A stretch of DNA of 64,000 nucleotides from Oceanispirochaeta sp. (GTDB lineage: Bacteria; Spirochaetota; Spirochaetia; DSM-2461): positions 1,216,001-1,280,000 of the forward strand of contig CAXXOA010000001.1 of assembly GCA_963666275.2 (NCBI GenBank), given 5' to 3'. The position numbers and the translations under genes were made by a program. Positions within the stretch are counted from its first letter, which is position 1, and the number at the start of each line of letters is the position of its first letter. This document shows, in pieces, positions 56,679-64,000 of this stretch. The notes beneath the pieces are model-generated. The model saw only the letters and a list, made by a program, of their open reading frames with translations. It ran no database searches and was not told the origin of the DNA.

Positions 56679-57233
56679 ATGAGTAAAGTTGCCGTAATAC
56701 TGGCCGACGGAATGGAGGAAGTGGAGGCTGTGACCCCCATAGACTTTCTCAGACGGGCCGGAATCGATGTTGTCACCGTGGGACTGACAGGTACGAAAAT
56801 TACAGGATCCCACAATATCCCCGTTCTTGCCGATGTGGATCTGAAAGATTTTTCCTTTGATGTGGACGGTCTTGTCATTCCCGGGGGGATGCCCGGATCG
56901 GCCCATATAGCCGCAGACAGCCGTGTCAGAGAGCTGATCGTGAAGTTTGACAGGGAAAAGAAACTCGTCGCCGCCATCTGCGCCGCTCCGGCTCTGGTTC
57001 TGGGGGGCGCAGGGGTTCTGGAAGGACGGCGCTATACCTGTTTTCCCGGCATGGAGTCCCAGGCGGGCCCGGGGGGAGAGTATACTGCGGGCCGTCTGGA
57101 AGTGGACGGTCACATCATTACAGGGATCGGCGCCGGGGGCGCTGCGGAATTCGCGGCAGGAATTATCGGCTACTTCCTGGGACAGGAAGCGGCGGATAAG
57201 ATTATGCAAACCACCGTACAGCCGGGGGCCTGA
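56679..57233 (+). CDS. DJ-1/YajL/PfpI family protein
   Basis: GMEEVE, LRRAG, IPGGMPG, AAICAAP. Confidence 0.93.
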   Translation: MSKVAVILADGMEEVEAVTPIDFLRRAGIDVVTVGLTGTKITGSHNIPVLADVDLKDFSFDVDGLVIPGGMPGSAHIAADSRVRELIVKFDREKKLVAAICAAPALVLGGAGVLEGRRYTCFPGMESQAGPGGEYTAGRLEVDGHIITGIGAGGAAEFAAGIIGYFLGQEAADKIMQTTVQPGA

Positions 57234-57337
57234 AGGATTTTCCCCTGCGGGGGAATTCCCTGAAAAAACTGTTCCTGTCTTGTCAGATCCGGCTGGAAAA
57301 AATATCCTTAGGGAGAGATTGAAGTAAGGTTGGAATC

Positions 57338-58261
57338 ATGGACGATGACAGATCGCTGACACCACAGGAAGTTGCGGACCTGCTGAAAATAACAAAAAAC
57401 ACTGTTTATGAGCTTATCAAGAGGGGAGAGCTGGCATCCTATAAGGTCGGAAGAAAAATCCGCGTGGATGCAGCGGCCGTGGAAGCTCTGAAGAGGGGAA
57501 AAGAGACGCACAAGACGCCGGAGGCGCCTCTTCCCGGCAATTCTCCCCGTCCCCGGTCTTCCGGTCCCGGCAGTTTTGTAATCTGCGGCCAGGACAGCAT
57601 TCTGGACATCCTGGCCCGGTATATGGAGCTGGAGGGGATCAGAACCTATCGCTCCCATCAGGGCAGCTATAACGGCCTCTATTCCCTTTATAACAGGGAA
57701 GTACAGGTTGCCACCTGCCATCTCTGGGACGGCGACTCCAATCTCTACAACATTCCCTTTGTCAGAAGGATGCTTCCGGGAACACCCGTCCGGATCGTTC
57801 ACATTGTGAAAAGGATGCAGGGCTTTTACGTGGCTCCTGGCAATCCCCTGGGCATTCACTCCTGGGAGGATCTCCTGCGGGAGGATGTGTCTCTGATCAA
57901 CAGGGAGAGGGGCAGCGGAACCCGGGTTCTTCTGGATGAAAAGCTCATGGCCATGGGGGCATCCGGTGCCCGGGTCAAAGGATACGACCGGGAGGTAACC
58001 TCTCATCTGGCCGCCGCCAGTGCGGTCTGCCGGGGAAAGGCCGATGTGGCTATCGGAACCGAAAAAGGGGCCCTCCAGGTACGGGATGTGGAATTTGTCC
58101 CGGTTCAGAAGGAGCGGTACGAAATGGTAATTCCCCTGGACGATCTGGAACTCTTTCCCTTTTCCACAATCCTGAAAATCCTGAACTCTCCGGATTTCCG
58201 GGATGAAATCGACGGCCTGGGAGGCTACGATACCACCGAGATGGGAAAAGCTATTCTCTAA
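57338..58261 (+). CDS. Excisionase-type HTH fused to a PBP-like (molybdate-binding-like) domain; regulator
   Basis: LTPQEVADLLKITKNTVYELIKRGEL, then GSYNGL, NRERGSGTR and LGGYD. Confidence 0.85.
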   Translation: MDDDRSLTPQEVADLLKITKNTVYELIKRGELASYKVGRKIRVDAAAVEALKRGKETHKTPEAPLPGNSPRPRSSGPGSFVICGQDSILDILARYMELEGIRTYRSHQGSYNGLYSLYNREVQVATCHLWDGDSNLYNIPFVRRMLPGTPVRIVHIVKRMQGFYVAPGNPLGIHSWEDLLREDVSLINRERGSGTRVLLDEKLMAMGASGARVKGYDREVTSHLAAASAVCRGKADVAIGTEKGALQVRDVEFVPVQKERYEMVIPLDDLELFPFSTILKILNSPDFRDEIDGLGGYDTTEMGKAIL

Positions 58262-58446
58262 GCTCCTCCATTCCCCCCGTACAGACGCGATTTATCGCGT
58301 CTCTTTTCAAGGCTCCCGCATCTTCTCCAGGCATGAGAATCCTTCTCTCTTCCGGCCCCCCTTCGGCTTCCACCCTCACCCCCGGCTCCCCCTTCGGCTC
58401 CGCTCAGGGAGCGAGAGGGCGAGGGGAGAAATGTATTTATAAAAAA

Positions 58447-58477
58447 AGGGCTTCCGTGAGATCATCACGGAAGCCCT
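58447..58477. terminator. Bidirectional terminator
   Basis: AGGGCTTCCGTGA-GATCA-TCACGGAAGCCCT flanked by A and T runs. Confidence 0.85.
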
Positions 58478-58506
58478 GATTTTTTTTATGGAAAAATTAC
58501 CGGTGC

Positions 58507-59844
58507 TTATTTAGGCTCGGCAATGACCGCTTTGAGGGCGGGATTTTTTTCGAGGTTTCCGGGAAGGGCTCTTTCCCTGGCCTTGTTTATATACTCTTTA
58601 CTCTGGAAGTAGTAGGTATAGTTGGTGTGAACGTCGTAGGTTCCGTTCATCAGTGCGTAGGTGTCTTCGGTCATTACCAGTTCTTCATCGGTGGGAATAA
58701 CAAACACTTTTACAGCGGAATCATCGGCGGAAACACAGGTTTCGGCGTTTCTTGTGATACTGGCGGCATTCTTTTCGCTGTCCAGTTTGACTCCCATGGT
58801 TTCCAGGTTTTCCAGGGCTTTGGCTCTGTAAACGGGATTCATTTCACCTACACCGGCAGTGAAGACAATGGCGTCTACCTTACCGATGGCGGCGGAGTAG
58901 GCACCGATGTACTTTCTGATCTTGTAGCACTCCATCTCAAGAGCCAGGGTACAGCGTTCGTCCCCTTTCTGGTAACCTGCATACACATCCCGGCGGTCGA
59001 TGAATTCTTCGGTAATTCCCAGAACACCGCTCTTTTTGTTCATGATGCTGTCCATCTCTTTGGGAGAGAGGTTTTCGTTTTCCATAATGAAAGGAACAAT
59101 GGCGGGATCGATGTCACCGCAGCGGGTTCCCATCATCAGACCTTCCAGAGGAGTCAGACCCATGGAGGTGTCGATACATTTTCCATCTTTAACCGCACAG
59201 ATACTGGCGCCGTTACCGATATGACAGATAATGACATTGGTTTTATGAGGATCCTTGCCCAGAAGGACAGAGGCTCTTTTCGCTGTGTAGACATAGCTGG
59301 TTCCGTGGAAACCGTAGCGTCTTACATTGTGTTTTTTGTACCAGTCGTAGGGAAGGGCATACATGAAAGCGTAATTGGGCATGGTCTGATGCCATGCTGT
59401 ATCCATGACCGCACAGTGGGGAACATCGGGAAGAACGAGTTTTGCCGCTTCCACACCCATGATGTTGGCGGGCATGTGGAGAGGTCCCAGGTGATAGAGA
59501 CCTTTGAAGGTTTCCAGAACTTCGTCATCGATGATCACAGACTGTTTGAAGGCTTCTCCGCCGTGGAGAACTCTGTGTCCTACAGCTTTGATTTCGGACA
59601 TATCTTCGATACAGCCGGCTTCTTTATCAAGGATGGTTTCAATGATCCATTCGATCGCTTCTTTGTGGGTGGGACAGGCTCTGTCCGCTTCAAATTCGGG
59701 TTTCCCCAGGGGTTTATGTTCGATATTTGACATGTCCTGGCCGATCCTTTCGACCATGCCCACACCCAGGACTTCTTTTTTGTCCCAGTCATAAACCTGA
59801 AATTTTGCAGAAGAACTTCCGCAGTTCAGAGTTAAAATAACCAT
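58507..59844 (-). CDS. ackA: Acetate kinase
   Basis: NCGSSSAK, GHRVLHGG, DTAWH, RRYGFHGTS, HIGNGAS, TSMGLTPLEG, PTDEE. Confidence 0.97.
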   Translation of the reverse strand: MVILTLNCGSSSAKFQVYDWDKKEVLGVGMVERIGQDMSNIEHKPLGKPEFEADRACPTHKEAIEWIIETILDKEAGCIEDMSEIKAVGHRVLHGGEAFKQSVIIDDEVLETFKGLYHLGPLHMPANIMGVEAAKLVLPDVPHCAVMDTAWHQTMPNYAFMYALPYDWYKKHNVRRYGFHGTSYVYTAKRASVLLGKDPHKTNVIICHIGNGASICAVKDGKCIDTSMGLTPLEGLMMGTRCGDIDPAIVPFIMENENLSPKEMDSIMNKKSGVLGITEEFIDRRDVYAGYQKGDERCTLALEMECYKIRKYIGAYSAAIGKVDAIVFTAGVGEMNPVYRAKALENLETMGVKLDSEKNAASITRNAETCVSADDSAVKVFVIPTDEELVMTEDTYALMNGTYDVHTNYTYYFQSKEYINKARERALPGNLEKNPALKAVIAEPK

Positions 59845-60093
59845 TTAATTCCTCCAGAGTATTCTTAATTCCTATGTATATCCGAGATTTCTATTCGAAA
59901 AGGGTAATTTTATTCGGATTTTTATTATTTTACCTTAGGAAGAATAAAATTCAAGTAAAACAGCTCCCATATAGTTGTTAATAGGGAATTTTCTTCCGCA
60001 GACATATCGCTATTTTTTCACTGTTATCTTGCAGTTCTCACATTTACCAAGAATTTATTTGTCATATACTGAAAGCTGTACTATACTGATCCA

Positions 60094-61059
60094 GTGATTT
60101 CGGAAATTGAAAACTCTGATACATGCAGCGGTGAAGCGTTTACATTCCTTGCAATCGACGAAACTGAGATTCATGGATACCGCTGGATACCAAGAACAAA
60201 AAGTATAAAGGCAATCCTCATTATCAATCATGGTATGGCTGAACATGTGGCCCGTTACGACAGGTTTGCCTCGTATCTTCAGGAGAAAGGCATCGCCGTT
60301 TTCGGAGAGGACCACAGGGGCCATGGAAGGACCGCCGGAGACACTGACAATCTGGGCTATTTTGCCGACGACTTCGGCTGGCGTATGGTTGTTCAGGATA
60401 TCCGGGACCTTCACCTTCTGATTAAGGAGGAGTATCCCGGGATTCCCGTGATCATGATGGGGCACAGCATGGGCTCATTTCTGACAAGGGACTATCTGAA
60501 AGAGTTCGGAGACGATCTTTCCGGCGTGATCCTTTCCGGGACAGGGTACACCCCGGGGTTTATAACAGCTCTAGGCAGTTTTATCGCCTCTCTTGAGATC
60601 AGACTGAAAGGGAAAAGGCACAGGAGCCGTCTTCTGGATGCCATGAGCTTCGGTTCTTTCAACAAACCTTTTTCTGACGACGGCGATACGGGGTTTGAAT
60701 GGCTCAGCCGGGACAGGGAGCAGGTAAAGCTCTATCATGAAGATCCCTACTGCGGTTTTATCTGTACATCCAGCCATTTCAGGGATCTGTTTTCCGGGCT
60801 GCGTGTCATCAACCGCATCAATGCATTTATGAAAACACCGAAAGATCTGCCCCTTCTTCTCATTTCGGGAGAACAGGATCCTGTGGGAGACCGGGGACGG
60901 GGCGTGAAAAAGGTGTATTGGGCCTATAAAAAGAGCGGCGTCGAGGACGTCACTATGAATCTGATACCCGAAGGCCGTCATGAGAGCCTGAATGAAATCA
61001 ATAAAGATGAAATTTACACTTACTTGACTGATTGGATGGAAAAGAAAGTGATCAGCTAG
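60094..61059 (+). CDS. Alpha/beta hydrolase (lysophospholipase/monoacylglycerol lipase-like)
   Basis: HGMAEH, DHRGHG, GHSMG, GEQDPV, GRHESLNE. Confidence 0.9.
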   Translation: MISEIENSDTCSGEAFTFLAIDETEIHGYRWIPRTKSIKAILIINHGMAEHVARYDRFASYLQEKGIAVFGEDHRGHGRTAGDTDNLGYFADDFGWRMVVQDIRDLHLLIKEEYPGIPVIMMGHSMGSFLTRDYLKEFGDDLSGVILSGTGYTPGFITALGSFIASLEIRLKGKRHRSRLLDAMSFGSFNKPFSDDGDTGFEWLSRDREQVKLYHEDPYCGFICTSSHFRDLFSGLRVINRINAFMKTPKDLPLLLISGEQDPVGDRGRGVKKVYWAYKKSGVEDVTMNLIPEGRHESLNEINKDEIYTYLTDWMEKKVIS

Positions 61060-61133
61060 GTTTTTTTGTAAACCTGAGCGGAAAAAAAGGGGAAACACTT
61101 CAAGCCATTGCGGTTTGAGGTAAAAAAGGAGTT

Positions 61134-61173
61134 AGAGGCTGTCTCTTGCATGCAGGGGCAGCCTCTTTTTTTT
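61134..61173 (+). terminator. Intrinsic terminator
   Basis: AGAGGCTGTCTC...GGGGCAGCCTCT followed by a T run. Confidence 0.7.
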
Positions 61174-61217
61174 CTCTTTTTTGAATTTTTACTGCCGAAT
61201 TGCCTGTTCCTTTCTAT

Positions 61218-62510
61218 ATGCGGAATCTATTTTTACATCTCATCTTCCTCCTTTGTCTGATCCCCGGCGCGGCCGGCGAAACCGGGGGGATATTCCGGTA
61301 CGGTCAGGTCAGTTCGGGGCCGGCAGATCTTCTGTTCCGGGCATCCGAAGGGAGTGACGGAGCGGAGCTTTTCCTCGGTTCAGATACGGGGAGGGAGTGG
61401 GAGCTGAAGCGGCTGATCTTCGAATCCTCCCGGTTCCTGGCGGGGAATATGAAGCCCCGCGGACTCTTTGCCCGGATGGCCATGGAGTCCCTACCGCCCG
61501 GCGGAGAGAGCCCGGGGGAGACAGGATGGGCCCCCGACAGGGGAGAGACAAACCTGAACAATCCGGGAGGAGCCTTTTTCTTTCCCCGGAGGGGAGGGAT
61601 CTTTCTGGAGGGAACAGATTCCTCCTCCCTGAGGAGCGGCCTCTGGTATTCCCTTCCTCTGGGACGTTATATGAATCTGGAAGGGGCCGGACACTCCTGC
61701 CGGCTGGACCCGGCAAAGGCGCCGGAAGAGTGGTTCCCCCGGGAAGAGCCGGGCCCTGCAGGAACCCTGTGGCATACAGCGGGGGATCTGAACTTCCAGG
61801 GCCCCTGGTACGCAGGGAGCCTGAAGGGATTTTTTTCCGGAGGAGAGCACTATCTGCCGGGGAGCGCTCTCCTCTGCGAGCTGACCCTCTACGGAGAGCG
61901 GAGTGTTCTGACGGGCCTGTACTGGGAGCCTTCGGATGTCTACAGGAACCGCGAGGGGCAGCTGATCCCCTGGGAGAGGCAGTTTCACTTCCGCTTGACC
62001 CGGGGCTTTCCGGATTTTCAGCTGGATGCGGGCGCTCTGGTCGGAAAATCTTCGCTAAGCTCTCTGCAGGAGGTGGTCCTCTCTCAGGACTACCGCTGTT
62101 CCCTGGAGGGAAGCCTGCGCCGCTGGACCTGGCGGCTGAGGGGGCAGGGCCTGATAGATCCGGAGGAAGAGGTGCTGCTGTCCTGGATACCCCGGGCAAA
62201 ACTGGGATACCGCCTGAAACACTGGGATTTTACGGCTTCCGCCGGGGGGACCTGGGAGGAGTTCTTTCCGGATCCCGCCGAAGTGTCAGGAGAAGTGGCT
62301 GTCAGAAGGAAGGGCTCTCCCGGGTTTGCCCAGAGCCTTTCGGCCGGGTACAGGGCCGAAAGGGATGCAGGGGATATTTCCATCAGAGGAGAGGCCCGGG
62401 GCGGGGTGAAAAACTGGACTCTCAAGGGGAGATTTCTCTACCCCTTCCTCCTCTACGGGGAAGAGGAAAGGGCTTTTGAAATCGGCTGGGATCTGGAGTG
62501 GGCTTTTTAG
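61218..62510 (+). CDS. Hypothetical exported protein, possible outer-membrane beta-barrel
   Basis: Signal peptide MRNLFLHLIFLLCLIPGAAG, alternating Gly/aromatic strands and a C-terminal EIGWDLEWAF. Confidence 0.6.
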   Translation: MRNLFLHLIFLLCLIPGAAGETGGIFRYGQVSSGPADLLFRASEGSDGAELFLGSDTGREWELKRLIFESSRFLAGNMKPRGLFARMAMESLPPGGESPGETGWAPDRGETNLNNPGGAFFFPRRGGIFLEGTDSSSLRSGLWYSLPLGRYMNLEGAGHSCRLDPAKAPEEWFPREEPGPAGTLWHTAGDLNFQGPWYAGSLKGFFSGGEHYLPGSALLCELTLYGERSVLTGLYWEPSDVYRNREGQLIPWERQFHFRLTRGFPDFQLDAGALVGKSSLSSLQEVVLSQDYRCSLEGSLRRWTWRLRGQGLIDPEEEVLLSWIPRAKLGYRLKHWDFTASAGGTWEEFFPDPAEVSGEVAVRRKGSPGFAQSLSAGYRAERDAGDISIRGEARGGVKNWTLKGRFLYPFLLYGEEERAFEIGWDLEWAF

Positions 62511-63979
62511 CTCTTTTTTTCCGCTGTATTGAGTTCGGGAGCCTCTTCGGCAAAGGCTGCGACTTTTTTGCGGGAGATCGAAGGCTGGCAGATGGTTCCC
62601 GGTCCGGCAACGCAGCCTCCCTCGCAGGCCATGACTTCCAGAAAGTTTCCTGGAGTGTTGCCTTTGGCATAGAGTTTCAGGAGTTTTATCTGCTTTCTGT
62701 CCAGCCCTTCCATACAGAAGGGGATCACTTCAGGTGGATTCTGCAGGTATGCGGCCACAGAGTTGGAAACACCCCGGCTGACGGCAAAGCTCCGTCCCGC
62801 CTTGTGGGCTCCCGGCAAAAGGTCCGTGGCGGGAACTCCCTCTGTGCTCATTTCGGCCACATCGATGTCCGCCGCTGTCAGAAGGGCTCCCAGTTCCTCA
62901 AAGGTCATCACATAATCCACCGCTTCGGACCGGAAGGCTTCTTCCTTTTTGGCCGTACAGGGCCCGATGAAGACCGTTTTTACCCCGGAGTCCTGTTTTT
63001 TGATCATCCGGCCGGTGAGCTCCATGGGGGAGGGGGTATCGGACACCATGGGAAGCAGTTCGGGAACATGCTTTCTCACGGCCTCCACATAGGCGGGGCA
63101 GCAGGAGGTTGTCATAAGGGTTTCTCCCTTTTCCAGCCGTTCCAGAAGCTCCGCTCCTTCCTGACGGACTGTTTCGTCCGCTCCGGTGGCCACTTCGTAG
63201 ACCGCGCTGAACCCCAGCTGCAGAAGGGCTTCGTTGATCTGATTCAGAGAGCCCGGCAGCTGCCCCGCAATGGAAGGGGCGTACATGGCGGCGATTTTAT
63301 CGCCCTTTTTCATCTTATTCAGGACCTGCACAATGTGGGATCTTCCCATGATCGCCCCGAAGGGACAGGAGGTCATGCACTTGCCGCAGGAGATACATTT
63401 GGTATAGTCGATGTTTTCCCTGTCGTTTTTGTCCTTCGAGATGGCTCCCACCGGGCAGGCTTCCTCGCAGGGAACGGGGATTCTCAGGATGGCACCGTAG
63501 GGGCAGACTTTGGCGCATTTTCCGCATTTGATGCAGTTTTCCCCGTCGATCACAGACCGGCCGTTTTTGATGGATACAGCCTCTTTGGGGCAGATGCCCA
63601 CACAGGGGCGGGCCACGCAGCCCCGGCAGATGTCCGAAACGTAGTAGCGCGCACCGGGACAGGAGGAACAGGCTTCGCTGATAACAGTCAGCGTGGTTTC
63701 GGGAACCTGATCCTTTTCAATGGCTTCCCCGTAGTATTCCGCCAGGGGTTTCAGTTCATCCTGCTCGTCTTCTACCGCAAAGCCCATGGCGGCCATCATC
63801 CTGTATTTGAGGATGGCTCTGTCCTTGTATTTGCAGCAGCGGTAGGACTGGTCCATTTCATCCACCATGGTATAGGGGATACGGTCCAGATCTTTGACAG
63901 GTCTGTCATTGAGTATGTGATTGGAAAGTTTATTCAGAACCTTCCATTTCAGGTTATAGGTACTGTTAGGATTAATCAT
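62507..63979 (-). CDS. Monomeric [FeFe] hydrogenase, group B-like
   Basis: Several 4Fe-4S motifs, plus H-cluster motifs TTSCCPAY, GPCTAKKEE and EVMACEGGCVAGP. Confidence 0.9.
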   Translation of the reverse strand: MINPNSTYNLKWKVLNKLSNHILNDRPVKDLDRIPYTMVDEMDQSYRCCKYKDRAILKYRMMAAMGFAVEDEQDELKPLAEYYGEAIEKDQVPETTLTVISEACSSCPGARYYVSDICRGCVARPCVGICPKEAVSIKNGRSVIDGENCIKCGKCAKVCPYGAILRIPVPCEEACPVGAISKDKNDRENIDYTKCISCGKCMTSCPFGAIMGRSHIVQVLNKMKKGDKIAAMYAPSIAGQLPGSLNQINEALLQLGFSAVYEVATGADETVRQEGAELLERLEKGETLMTTSCCPAYVEAVRKHVPELLPMVSDTPSPMELTGRMIKKQDSGVKTVFIGPCTAKKEEAFRSEAVDYVMTFEELGALLTAADIDVAEMSTEGVPATDLLPGAHKAGRSFAVSRGVSNSVAAYLQNPPEVIPFCMEGLDRKQIKLLKLYAKGNTPGNFLEVMACEGGCVAGPGTICQPSISRKKVAAFAEEAPELNTAEKKS

Positions 63980-64000
63980 AAATTCCTCGGTTTTAAATTG

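Noticed and set aside
57338..58261. Excisionase-like HTH as a prophage or ICE marker
   Set aside because: It is fused to a PBP-like domain, a known regulator architecture, and there is no integrase or att-site context.
61309..62479. Two extra long ORFs overlapping the 61218-62510 gene
   Set aside because: The Pro/Arg/Gly-rich low-complexity translations are typical of alternative frames in GC-rich DNA.

Overview
Bacterial chromosomal window, most likely from a free-living anaerobic spirochaete of the Spirochaetaceae. This is an inference from protein style, the fliS-polA-coaE-SPOR arrangement and a sigma28-like promoter. In order it contains: a LytS/LytTR two-component system with a partial cstA; a TPP-riboswitch-controlled thiS-thiG-thiH-thiF-thiE-thiC operon; a visibly AT-richer island (methyltransferase, LacI, sugar ABC transporter, sulfatase, DUF5054/GH38-like protein); a trp operon (trpE, trpGD, trpCF, trpB, trpA) whose trpE carries a 1-nt frameshift; hicAB; xth and mpg; an AlaA-like aminotransferase; an ABC-F; LMW-PTP with fructosamine kinase; trkAH; PIN-PhoH; fliS; polA; coaE; a GH13_18 phosphorylase; a pyrF-pyrE fusion; mscS; efp and epmA; a small ferredoxin missed by the ORF track; an acyl-CoA ligase; DJ-1; ackA; and a group B-like [FeFe] hydrogenase. 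The most striking unannotated element is a 28-aa leader peptide with seven consecutive Ala codons followed by a terminator/antiterminator directly upstream of the AlaA-like aminotransferase, a candidate alanine-sensing ribosomal attenuator. I found no rRNA, tRNA, CRISPR array or transposase.
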